From positions 1 to 49,369 of the forward strand of contig JBEHWP010000002.1 of the NCBI GenBank assembly GCA_040217665.1: 49,369 nt of DNA, read 5' to 3'. The notes below the pieces were generated by a model that was not told where the DNA came from, searched no databases, and worked only from the letters and a program-made list of their open reading frames with translations. This stretch comes from Vulcanimicrobiota bacterium (GTDB taxonomy: Bacteria > Vulcanimicrobiota > SpSt-956 > JAKJGF01). How positions within the stretch are numbered: position 1 is the stretch's first letter; each line of letters opens with the position of its first letter. Made by a program: the position numbers and the translations under genes. This document shows, piece by piece, positions 9,027 to 17,805 of the stretch.

Positions 9027-10568
9027 ATGAATAATAAAAATATTCTTATAGCAGATGATGACAGAGAGATTTTATCTTTTTACGAACAATTGTTCAATGA
9101 ATTTAATTATCTTCAGATAGAGAATGTGAATGAACATTATAATATAAAAACCTTTGAAGACGGACTGTATCTCCTGGATTATTTTCAGAATGAATATAAA
9201 AAAGGTAAGAAAGTTCCTCTCTGTATACTGGATATGAAGATGAATCTTCTTGACGGTTTAAGAACTGCCAGACTTCTGAGGCAGGTGGAACCTGATATAA
9301 TTATCGTTATCATCACAGCCTATCTTGATGAAATATCTTTTGATACTATAAAAGAGAATTTAAAAAACGATATATATTACATAAAAAAACCTTTTAATCA
9401 AAAAGAGTTTTATTGTCTTGTAGATTCTCTCATTAAGGGATGGAACAAGAAAGAAGAACTCAAAAAAAATGAAGAAAAATACCGGAGAATATTTGAATCT
9501 TTTCAGGATCTTTATTGCTGCACAGATATGAACGGTATTATTACATTAATTACTCCTTCTGTATTATCTCACTGTAGTTATGGTATCGATGAATTAACCG
9601 GTAATTCTATTTTGAAACTTTATGCAGACCCTCAGGAATATGACAGCCTTTTAAAAGAATTAAAAAAATCCACCAGTGTTAACGGGTATGAAGTAAGATT
9701 TCTGGCAAAAGACGGAACAGTTATTTATATGTCGGTAAATGCTCAGATTATTTATGATGAATCCCGTTCCGTTCCTTTATCCATTCAGACTATATATCGT
9801 AATATTTCTAACCGGAAAAAATGGGAAGAAGAACTGACAAAATATCGCTCCAGGCTTGAAGATATAGTAAAAGAAAGAACAAGAGAACTTCAAAGGTTAA
9901 ATAAAAAACTTGAACATGAAATTTTTGAACATATAAATGCAGAAGAAAAAGCCAGATTTTCCCTTCAGGAAAAAGAAACACTTCTTAAAGAAATTCACCA
10001 CAGAGTAAAAAATAATCTTCAAATTATTTCAAGTCTTTTATACCTCCAATCCGATTCGATTGGAAATAAAAATGACAGGGAAAAAATCAGAGATAGCCAG
10101 AACAGGGTAAAATCCATAGCCATAGTTCATGAAAAACTATATAATTCCAGGGATTTTTCAAGAATAGATTTTCATGAATATGTAGAATCTCTGGTTTCTT
10201 ATTTACTGGGTACCTATAATATAAATAAGGATTCTATAAATGTAAAAATAAAAATAAAGAATATATATCTTGATATAGAAAGAGCAATCCCATGCTGCCT
10301 TATTATAAACGAACTCGTTACAAATTCTCTGAAATATGCTTTCACTGAAGGCAACGGTGAGCTTTCCGTTGAAATGTGCAGTAAAGATCATAAATATATG
10401 CTTAAAGTTAAAGATAACGGAACAGGTTTACCTGATGATATTGATTTTGAAAATATTAAAACTCTCGGTCTGGAACTGGTATTTAATTTATCGGAACAGA
10501 TTGAAGGCACTGTAGAGATTGTCAGAGATAAGGGAACAACATTTAATATTGTTTTTCCTTCTCAATAA
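9027..10568 (+). CDS. Response-regulator/sensor histidine kinase fusion (REC - PAS - HisKA_2 - HATPase)
   Basis: Receiver (ILIADDD ... ILDMKM ... ITAY ... KKPF). PAS segment. H-box [20 protein letters not shown] nearly identical to both neighbours. [19 protein letters not shown]. Confidence 0.85.
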   Translation: MNNKNILIADDDREILSFYEQLFNEFNYLQIENVNEHYNIKTFEDGLYLLDYFQNEYKKGKKVPLCILDMKMNLLDGLRTARLLRQVEPDIIIVIITAYLDEISFDTIKENLKNDIYYIKKPFNQKEFYCLVDSLIKGWNKKEELKKNEEKYRRIFESFQDLYCCTDMNGIITLITPSVLSHCSYGIDELTGNSILKLYADPQEYDSLLKELKKSTSVNGYEVRFLAKDGTVIYMSVNAQIIYDESRSVPLSIQTIYRNISNRKKWEEELTKYRSRLEDIVKERTRELQRLNKKLEHEIFEHINAEEKARFSLQEKETLLKEIHHRVKNNLQIISSLLYLQSDSIGNKNDREKIRDSQNRVKSIAIVHEKLYNSRDFSRIDFHEYVESLVSYLLGTYNINKDSINVKIKIKNIYLDIERAIPCCLIINELVTNSLKYAFTEGNGELSVEMCSKDHKYMLKVKDNGTGLPDDIDFENIKTLGLELVFNLSEQIEGTVEIVRDKGTTFNIVFPSQ

Positions 10569-10580
10569 ATTTTCTGGAGC

Positions 10581-10833
10581 AGTACTAAGGATCTGTCAGA
10601 AAATAACTACATCATAGTTACAGTTTATATCGTGACGCGTGACGCGTAACGCGTCACGCGAGGATATTAAAATTTCTAACAATTTGCCGGAGTTGTTTTT
10701 CTTGCAGTCCTAAGTATCCGTCAGGAAATAAATATATCTTAATTACAGTTTATATCATGACGCGTGACGCGTGACGCGAGAATATTGATTGTTCTAAAAA
10801 TTTGCCGGAGTTATTTTTCTTTCAGTCCTAAGA
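10581..10833 (+). repeat. Family 2 element: about 2.1 tandem copies of a ~120-bp unit, each containing a GC-rich heptamer array
   Basis: Unit boundaries AGTACTAAGG (10581), AGTCCTAAGT (10706), AGTCCTAAGA (10824). Cores CGTGACGCGTGACGCGTAACGCGTCACGCGAGG (10631-10663) and ATGACGCGTGACGCGTGACGCGAG (10757-10780). Shared tail TTCTAA.AATTTGCCGGAGTT.TTTTTCTT.CAG. Confidence 0.85.
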
Positions 10834-10857
10834 TACAAATAATATTCAGGAGTAATA

Positions 10858-12435
10858 ATGAAAAAAGATGAAGAAAAAACAAAAAAAGAACTGATAGAAG
10901 AATTAAATAATCTAAGAAAAGAGATAAAAAAACTTGATTTTTTCAAACAGTCCGAACATAGATATAGGATGATAGTGGAAAATATTTTTGATGTTGCCTA
11001 TGTTTACAGACCGGACGGTATAATCACTTTTGTTACATCCAATGTATTTTTTCTCGCAGGGTATGTGCCTGAAGAGATTATGGGCCATCATATAATCGAG
11101 TTTATTTATCCTGATGATATAGAAAATGTTCTCTCTGACTTTCATGAAGCTCAATTTTCAGGAAAAATCTCTCCTACCTGTTGTCGTCTCCTGACAAAAG
11201 GAGGAGATATTATCTATATAGAGGAAATAGCAAGACCTCTACTCGATATCAGGGGAAACGTATCTCAATTTATCGGTATTATTCGTAATATTACAGATCG
11301 TAAGCTGGCAGAGGAAGCATTGAAGAAGAGTGAAAAGTTATTCAGAAGTTATTTTGAACTGCCTCTGACAGGTATTGCTATTGTTTCACCTGATAAAAAA
11401 TGGATTGCCGTAAATGATAAACTCTGCCATATTCTCGGATACACAAGAGATGAACTGTTAATGCTGACCTGGCCTGATATTACAGTCCAGGATGATCTTA
11501 TCGGAGAAATGACTGATTATGAGAAAATGATTTCAGGAGAATTAAAAATCAATAATCTGGAAAAGAGATATATAAAAAAAGACGGAACTATTATTTATGC
11601 AAAATTAAGTTCTACATGTGTAAGAAAATCCGATGATTCTGTCGATTATATTGTTGCATTAATAGAAGATATTACAGGACGTAAAATGATAGAGGAGGAA
11701 CTGATTAAACATAGAACACATCTTGAAGAACGTGTCATAGAAAGAACAGAGGAATTAAACCTTATAAATAAGAGACTTCAAAAGGAAATTGAGGAAAGGA
11801 AAATAGCAGAGGAAAAACTAAAATCTTCCCTTAAGGAAAAGGAAATACTCCTTAAAGAAATACATCACAGGGTGAAAAATAATCTTCAGATTATTTCGAG
11901 TCTCCTCTATATTCAGAGTGATTATATTCACGATGAAATTGCTCTTACTAAATTTAAAGAGAGTCAGAGTCAGATAAGATCTATAGCGCTGGTTCATGAA
12001 AAATTATATCAGTCTACTGATCTGTCCAGAATTGATTTTTCAGAATATATTAAACGTCTTTCATCATATTTGTTCTATACGTATAATATAGATAACAGGT
12101 TGATAAAATTAAGAATTCAGGCCCGTAATGTATATCTCACTGTTGATAAAGCAATACCATGTGCTCTTATTATAAATGAATTGATTACAAATTCACTTAA
12201 ACATGCCTTCATTAACGGGAATAGAGGTATAATATCTATTAAATTGTATGTAAAAGATAGCAAATATATATTGCAGTTCTGTGATAATGGCACAGGTCTG
12301 CCTGAGGGTCTTGATATTCACAATATAAACACGATAGGTTTTGATCTTATAATCAATCTCGTAGAGCAGATTGATGGTTTTTTAGAACTGGATAAACATA
12401 AAGGAACATTATTTAAAATTACGTTCCCTCTGTGA
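10858..12435 (+). CDS. Cytoplasmic PAS-PAS sensor histidine kinase, HisKA_2 family
   Basis: RBS AGGAG upstream. Two PAS-like segments each ending in ..ITDRK / ..ITGRK. H-box [39 protein letters not shown]. Confidence 0.85.
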   Translation: MKKDEEKTKKELIEELNNLRKEIKKLDFFKQSEHRYRMIVENIFDVAYVYRPDGIITFVTSNVFFLAGYVPEEIMGHHIIEFIYPDDIENVLSDFHEAQFSGKISPTCCRLLTKGGDIIYIEEIARPLLDIRGNVSQFIGIIRNITDRKLAEEALKKSEKLFRSYFELPLTGIAIVSPDKKWIAVNDKLCHILGYTRDELLMLTWPDITVQDDLIGEMTDYEKMISGELKINNLEKRYIKKDGTIIYAKLSSTCVRKSDDSVDYIVALIEDITGRKMIEEELIKHRTHLEERVIERTEELNLINKRLQKEIEERKIAEEKLKSSLKEKEILLKEIHHRVKNNLQIISSLLYIQSDYIHDEIALTKFKESQSQIRSIALVHEKLYQSTDLSRIDFSEYIKRLSSYLFYTYNIDNRLIKLRIQARNVYLTVDKAIPCALIINELITNSLKHAFINGNRGIISIKLYVKDSKYILQFCDNGTGLPEGLDIHNINTIGFDLIINLVEQIDGFLELDKHKGTLFKITFPL

Positions 12436-12742
12436 AAAAAATAATCAATTTGCAATAATAATAAAAACCTTGTATAATATATAACCGAAATTACAGGTTT
12501 ATAATTTTACGGCTTTGTACAAAATCTATCAGGCAGTTGCCTCTGTTTATCAGGGTAAATATGAGAATATCGTAAACAGATTTCTGATAATTGTACATAT
12601 ATCAAAAGACTCAGACTGGAGTCTTTGAGTAAGATTACTCTAAAAGCCCATACCCTATAGTAAAGCAATAGCAGATCGATTGTCGGTGTGGGAACAGTCA
12701 CATGATAACATATTGGTTAATTATATTAATGGGGGGGCTCAT

Positions 12743-14140
12743 ATGGCAGAGGACGAGAAATATCAGAAACTTTTAAAGTATCTTACTCCCAGAAGTCTTT
12801 GCTGGATAATACATGATTTATTAACTCAGAGAGAATTACAGGTAATTTTAAATAAATCCGGTATTAAATATGGTGGTAGAGAATTTAGCTCTATACCTTC
12901 CAGTGTTGTAGTGGAAGATCTTGCACAGCTTTTCTTTAAAAAATCCGATTTTGGTAATTTTATGACCAGGACTTTTTTAAAGAAGAGATTAAAAGAGAAA
13001 AGTAAATTGACAAAACTGGATCTTCCTGCTATTAAGGACTATACAGGTGATTGTAAGAATATTTTCAATCAGAACAGAGTCGGAAAAGTTCTTTGGGTTA
13101 TTCTGACAGATGAAAGACCTGATGTTAATGATTACGGTCTTGAATTTATTCAGCACGTTGAAAATATAATAAGATCTCTGGAGAAAAAAGAAGTAAGAAA
13201 AGTGAAAAAAGTTTCCAGACCCAAACAGGAAGCAGTGAAACCCAAAGATGATACCCTGTACAGGGAACAGATTAAAAAGCTGGAAGAAAAGCTTAAAAGT
13301 CAGGATAATACACTTAACCAGCTTTCAGATGTTAATAAAAAATTCAGAAAGGATACGACAAATCTTAATCAGAGAATTGAGTTGTTGCAGAAAGAAAAAC
13401 AGAAAATTTTTGAAGAACTTGAAGATGCCAAGAAAGCTCTTTTTGATCAGGAAATGCTTTTTAAAGATAAAAAAAGACTTGAAAAGGAAAGTAAAGAACT
13501 CAGAGAGACTCTCAATAATCAGCATGATATATACAGTTCTTTAATTCTGCTTCAGAGAAAAAATTTACAGCTCAGAGGGGATCTTATCAGGGCGGAAATA
13601 AAATATAAAAAGGTCCAGAGACGTATTATTCCTGAAAGTCATGAAGAAATTCAGACCGCTACGGATAACCCGAGAGTCGGCGTTTTTGTAGATGTTCAAA
13701 ATATATATTATGGTGCTAAAATTGGCTATCAGGCAAAATTGAATTTTGAGACTCTTTTAAATCTTGTTACTAAAGACAGAGAAATAGTAACAGCCATAGC
13801 TTATATAGTTCAGACTCCGGAAATAAACCAGGATGAATTTATAAAAACGCTGGATAGAGTCGGTTATACGGTAAAATCAAAAGATTTAAGACGGAGAGCC
13901 GATGGCTCTGCTAAAGGAGACTGGGATCTTGGTATTGCTATGGATATAATATCTTTACAGGACAGACTCGATGTTGTTGTTCTTGTAAGCGGAGACGGTG
14001 ATTTTACCGAACTTATAAAGGTTCTTAAGAGAAGTAACATAACTGTTGAAGTAGCAGCTTTCCAGCATAATACATCGAGAGATTTAATAGAGATTGCAGA
14101 TACTTTTTATCCGATGGAAGAAGATATGATAATTATATAA
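12743..14140 (+). CDS. NYN/LabA-like (PIN-related) domain protein with a long N-terminal region and K/E-rich coiled coil
   Basis: C-terminal VGVFVDVQNIYYGA ... VVLVSGDGDFTELIKVLK is the NYN/LabA signature. I chose the ATG at 12743 (GGGGGGG run 5 nt upstream) over the TTG at 12680 given by the ORF track. Confidence 0.75.
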   Translation: MAEDEKYQKLLKYLTPRSLCWIIHDLLTQRELQVILNKSGIKYGGREFSSIPSSVVVEDLAQLFFKKSDFGNFMTRTFLKKRLKEKSKLTKLDLPAIKDYTGDCKNIFNQNRVGKVLWVILTDERPDVNDYGLEFIQHVENIIRSLEKKEVRKVKKVSRPKQEAVKPKDDTLYREQIKKLEEKLKSQDNTLNQLSDVNKKFRKDTTNLNQRIELLQKEKQKIFEELEDAKKALFDQEMLFKDKKRLEKESKELRETLNNQHDIYSSLILLQRKNLQLRGDLIRAEIKYKKVQRRIIPESHEEIQTATDNPRVGVFVDVQNIYYGAKIGYQAKLNFETLLNLVTKDREIVTAIAYIVQTPEINQDEFIKTLDRVGYTVKSKDLRRRADGSAKGDWDLGIAMDIISLQDRLDVVVLVSGDGDFTELIKVLKRSNITVEVAAFQHNTSRDLIEIADTFYPMEEDMIII

Positions 14141-14214
14141 AGAACAGGGGGGAATGTTCCGGGATTATTTTTTTGTGTAAGAGACACAACTTTATCCAAG
14201 TTTCCGGGATTTTT

Positions 14215-14454
14215 ATGGAAGATTTTAACTATGAAGATTTTTCCTGGGATATGGTAAAATCTGAAAACAAAGCTCTGGCCGGATATATTGCAGATAAGAT
14301 TCCTGTGGAATTTACTTTCCTGGACGGAGAAGTACTGATTGGAACAATAAAATGGTTTGATGAAATGAGTCTTGGTATTTCAAATGACAGTGACGAAGAA
14401 ATTTATATTGATAAACGTTGTCTGAAATGGTTTAAACCTCTGATTAAATCATAG
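14215..14454 (+). CDS. Small hypothetical protein, possibly with an Sm/Hfq-like fold
   Basis: PVEFTFLDGEVLIGTIKWFDEMSLGI....IYIDKRCLKWFKP follows the Sm1/Sm2 spacing of Hfq (V.i.L.nG..l.G.i..fD.f.l.l....q.iyKhai). This is pattern similarity only. The start is taken at the internal ATG (MEDFNYEDF); the ORF track starts at 14173. Confidence 0.4.
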   Translation: MEDFNYEDFSWDMVKSENKALAGYIADKIPVEFTFLDGEVLIGTIKWFDEMSLGISNDSDEEIYIDKRCLKWFKPLIKS

Positions 14455-14497
14455 GGTATGACCGGTAATGAGTTTTTCGACTGTGTCTTAAAATTCA

Positions 14498-15655
14498 TTA
14501 CCGGCCATGACTCATTATTTTATCAACAGTATCCAGTAATTTTTCTCCTGCTCTGTGCCATGTAAAAGTTTCCCTGGCTTTAAGAGAGCCTTTTATTCCG
14601 ATTGTTTCCATCATTTCAGGATTCTCTGCCAGTCTTAATATGGCATGGGCCAAATTTTCTTTATCTGCTGTGTTACATAATATTCCATTTATGTCATGAT
14701 CTATAATTTCCCTTACACATGGTATATCGGAAGCTATTACCGGTCTTCCGCAGGACATATATTCCAGAATTTTTAAGGGACAGCAACCCTGTATTAAATT
14801 TCTATCCGAATATTCCAGAGGAGAAACACCTATATGGGATTTCGATATGACAGAAGCAACTTTTTCTTCTCCTGCCGGTTCGAGGAATTTTATATGTTCT
14901 GTAAGGTTTAATCGAGAGACATAATCTGTAAGAGGTTTTTCAAATTTTTTTTTTCTGTCAGAAAGAATGTTTAATATAAAAAATATCCTTTTTTCTTTTA
15001 TTATATAAAGAGCATCGAGTAAAGAAAATATACCCTGCCAGGGGGTAAGAGTGCCTACATAAATTATTTTCAGCGGTAAAGCAGGCATGGGGCATACGTT
15101 AAAGATATCTGTATTTACGCCATTGGGAATAATTCTTACTTTATCTTCTATTATTCCGAGAGATGTAATGTAATCTTTTATCACCCCGGAAGGACATATA
15201 ATAAAATCTGCCTCTTTAAGGCAAATTATTTCATTAAGACGGATTTTCTTCAGTATCCCTTTATTTTTCAACCATGGATAGTGGTAGGGAAGTTCTATAG
15301 ACGGAAAACCGTTTGCTTCATATAGAGTCTTATATGATCTATTTTGTTTGTTCACAATAGAAATACCGTCCCAGATAGAACGAAAATGAACTAAATCATA
15401 ATTTCTCTCCAGTTCTTTTTCCACTGCTCTGGAAAAAACAACAGTTCTCTTTAAAAAATTATCTTCTTCTATCTTTACTCTTTTTATTTCTGCTCCCATA
15501 TAAATATCTTGTTCTTTTTGATTTTTACCGGCAGGTGTAAATAGAGTAACATTATAACCCTTTTCTGTCAGTGCTTTTGTAAAATATGAAATATGGACAC
15601 CTGCCCCTTTGGGAGCAGGAACTGTGTCAAAAGATGTATAGAGAATTTTTGGCAT
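14498..15655 (-). CDS. Glycosyltransferase, GT4 (GT-B fold, RfaG-like)
   Basis: N-terminal GG-type loop (PAPKGAGVHISYF). C-terminal E-x7-E-like region (SPLEYSDRNLIQGCCPLKILEYMSCGRPVIASD) typical of GT4 enzymes. Confidence 0.8.
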   Translation of the reverse strand: MPKILYTSFDTVPAPKGAGVHISYFTKALTEKGYNVTLFTPAGKNQKEQDIYMGAEIKRVKIEEDNFLKRTVVFSRAVEKELERNYDLVHFRSIWDGISIVNKQNRSYKTLYEANGFPSIELPYHYPWLKNKGILKKIRLNEIICLKEADFIICPSGVIKDYITSLGIIEDKVRIIPNGVNTDIFNVCPMPALPLKIIYVGTLTPWQGIFSLLDALYIIKEKRIFFILNILSDRKKKFEKPLTDYVSRLNLTEHIKFLEPAGEEKVASVISKSHIGVSPLEYSDRNLIQGCCPLKILEYMSCGRPVIASDIPCVREIIDHDINGILCNTADKENLAHAILRLAENPEMMETIGIKGSLKARETFTWHRAGEKLLDTVDKIMSHGR

Positions 15656-15668
15656 AATTTTTTAAATC

Positions 15669-15699
15669 GTAAATGGTGAAGCAACTCTTCACCATTTAC
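15669..15699 (-). terminator. 13-bp perfect hairpin downstream of pepC
   Basis: GTAAATGGTGAAG - CAACT - CTTCACCATTTAC. No clear U-tract. It shares the TAAATGGTGAA motif with the hairpin at 19697. Confidence 0.4.
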
Positions 15700-15702
15700 A
15701 TG

Positions 15703-17034
15703 TTAAATCATAGGGAACCACCTGGGTAATTTAACAGGTTCCATTTTAAAAAGTTCCTTATCTTCTTCAGTAACATATGTTCCGGGAACCATTAATTCAA
15801 AGGCATGTTCGCCGAACCATTCATCACACATAATAAAATACCCTTTTTTCCCGTGTTCATTACCCCAGCTGTTTTCTATTTTCCATTTTGTCGGTTTGTT
15901 ATTAACAATATCTACCCCTGAAAGAACCATCATATGATTCATAAAAGACTGACAGTAATCGATTCTCATGCCTTTATCAAGATGGAATTTCTTCTGAAAG
16001 ACGAGATTATAATCATAGAGATCAGAACACAGGAGCCCTTCTTTTGTGTTGCTTTCCTGAAGAACATCACATCCGAACATGGATGCTTTATTGTCTTTAA
16101 GCATTTTAACTGCATAGTTTCTCAATTTTTTAAAGGGAAGATTGAGAGCTTTTAATTCTTTACCGCCTGTCATATAGGCCGCATGTTCTATCATATAGGT
16201 CTTATTGAAAGGGGTTTTTTCCGAAGGACAGCTCCAGAGTATATAAACATCATCCACATCAAGAGGCAGATATTTCTTTGCAAATTCCACAGGAGTTATA
16301 TCTCTTTCTCTATGAAAATTTTTATCGCTGTCTCTGTAGGCCCAGTCGAATTTTTCAGGAGGCACTCCCAGGAATATGGACAGTATTCTATAGAAATCAT
16401 CTAAAAATTCTATTTTTTTCTTTCTTATCTGTTCGGTATTTTTACAGTCTTTATGCATTTTTCTTATGATTGCAGTACATTCCCTTAACTTACTGTAAAG
16501 CATAGAATTCAGAAATTTGGAATTTTCCAGATTGAAAGTATTTGGCATGACCGATTTTGGTATGAGTCCGTATTTTTTCACCAGGTTTGCAATCATATGC
16601 CATTCACCGTCATCAGGGACAGGATTTTTAAGAAGGAAATTCATAAGTCTGTCATCAAGGTCTCTGTCCAGAAATTCAATCATAAGTTCAAGAAAATAAT
16701 TTGCCTTCTCGATTTTATCCCAGAATACAAGATGGTTTGCAGAAAATTCAAAATCTTTTATTTTGAAGGTTTCTTTTGTCATTGTTCGGAACCAGTTAAG
16801 TCCTGCAAAAAGCCAGCATGTATTTGCCTGTTTCTGGGCAGTGACTTCCGATTGTTCAATTTCATGGGAAAAACAGAAATTTACATTATTCAGTATGTGT
16901 CTGTTTATTGTAATATCCTGAATATTTCCCCTGGTGACAGCATTCATGAGCACTTTATTCGAAGTGTCTGACGTGAAATTTTTTTGAAATTTTTCTATGT
17001 GTTTTCTTTCCAGAAACTGGTTTTTTTCTGTCAT
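15703..17034 (-). CDS. pepC: Aminopeptidase C / bleomycin-hydrolase-type cysteine peptidase (family C1B)
   Basis: Catalytic Cys context QKQANTCWLFAGLNW. His region NHMMVLSGVD. ENSWG Asn/Trp motif. Length 443 aa is typical. RBS GAGGAG upstream. Confidence 0.85.
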   Translation of the reverse strand: MTEKNQFLERKHIEKFQKNFTSDTSNKVLMNAVTRGNIQDITINRHILNNVNFCFSHEIEQSEVTAQKQANTCWLFAGLNWFRTMTKETFKIKDFEFSANHLVFWDKIEKANYFLELMIEFLDRDLDDRLMNFLLKNPVPDDGEWHMIANLVKKYGLIPKSVMPNTFNLENSKFLNSMLYSKLRECTAIIRKMHKDCKNTEQIRKKKIEFLDDFYRILSIFLGVPPEKFDWAYRDSDKNFHRERDITPVEFAKKYLPLDVDDVYILWSCPSEKTPFNKTYMIEHAAYMTGGKELKALNLPFKKLRNYAVKMLKDNKASMFGCDVLQESNTKEGLLCSDLYDYNLVFQKKFHLDKGMRIDYCQSFMNHMMVLSGVDIVNNKPTKWKIENSWGNEHGKKGYFIMCDEWFGEHAFELMVPGTYVTEEDKELFKMEPVKLPRWFPMI

Positions 17035-17244
17035 AATAATTTACTCCTCAGTATAAGATTATTTTGAATATATATTATAGCAGTAATTTATTCTTTTTTT
17101 CAATCTTTTTACACACTTATGCAGATTAACACGTCTCACTAAAGAAAAGATAAAATGCTGTAATATATCATAACAGCTTAATTAGAAGATTTATATGATT
17201 TTTGTTAATTATAATTTTATTTTGTTTTTACATATTTTAAAGGT

Positions 17245-17324
17245 ATAGGAATTTTCATTTTTAATGGCGTAAAATAAAAATTTAGATAAAATTTTATCTG
17301 GAGACAAATATCTAAATAATTTAA
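17245..17324 (+). repeat. Family 1 repeat copy
   Basis: ATAGGAATTTTCATTTTTAATGGCGTAAAATAAAAATTTAGATAAAATTTTATCTGGAGACAAATATCTAAATAATTTAA. Confidence 0.8.
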
Positions 17325-17805
17325 CAAAAAAAATTTTTTTTAACATAATAACTATTAAAATATGGAAAGGTTAGTTAATGAAAAAAATCCTACTTATGAC
17401 GGTAACCTGGAAGAAGAGGTTATTGCCCCTGTAAATAACACTTTCCCTGTTTTCACTGATTATAAATCAGATGACTGATATGTTTCAGAAGTAATTTTTT
17501 ATTCATTAAAATTAAATTAAAGTGAAAAAAATAAAATTCCAAAATTATATATTTAAAAACTTTGTTTTGATATTTATAGTGTATTCCATAACTTATTAGA
17601 ATTTAATAAGAGTAAAAAGTGAAAGGTGAAAAGAATAGGACACTATTGACTACTCACTTTTCACTCCTTCTTAATTATGAATTGTTATGAAATTAACTAT
17701 AATTTTAATAAAATAAAAGTTCCTTACTTTAAGAAGGAGAAATCATTTTTACTTAGAATTACCTATATTGCGGGGGTGTGATAGTTGGTATAAGGAGATA
17801 TTCAT

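Noticed and set aside
12507-12701. 64-aa minus-strand ORF in the spacer upstream of the NYN gene, and the TTG-extended start at 12680
   Set aside because: It has no RBS and no recognisable motif, and it overlaps the likely promoter/5' UTR. For the NYN gene, the ATG at 12743 with a G-rich RBS is a better start than the TTG at 12680.
13248-13544. 98-aa alternative-frame ORF and 66-aa antisense ORF within the NYN gene
   Set aside because: They fall in the AAG/GAA-rich coiled-coil-coding segment, where all frames stay open. The annotated frame continues into a recognisable NYN domain.
15934-16971. Several 60-124-aa plus-strand ORFs opposite pepC
   Set aside because: All overlap the confidently identified aminopeptidase C gene on the other strand. 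They show no motifs or RBS.
17362-17478. Small ORFs in the 770-bp non-coding region (38 codons from 17362; 18 codons MKKILLMTVTWKKRLLPL from 17378)
   Set aside because: They have no convincing Shine-Dalgarno and no conservation evidence is available. Such ORFs are expected by chance even in AT-rich DNA, so I left them as unannotated possibilities.
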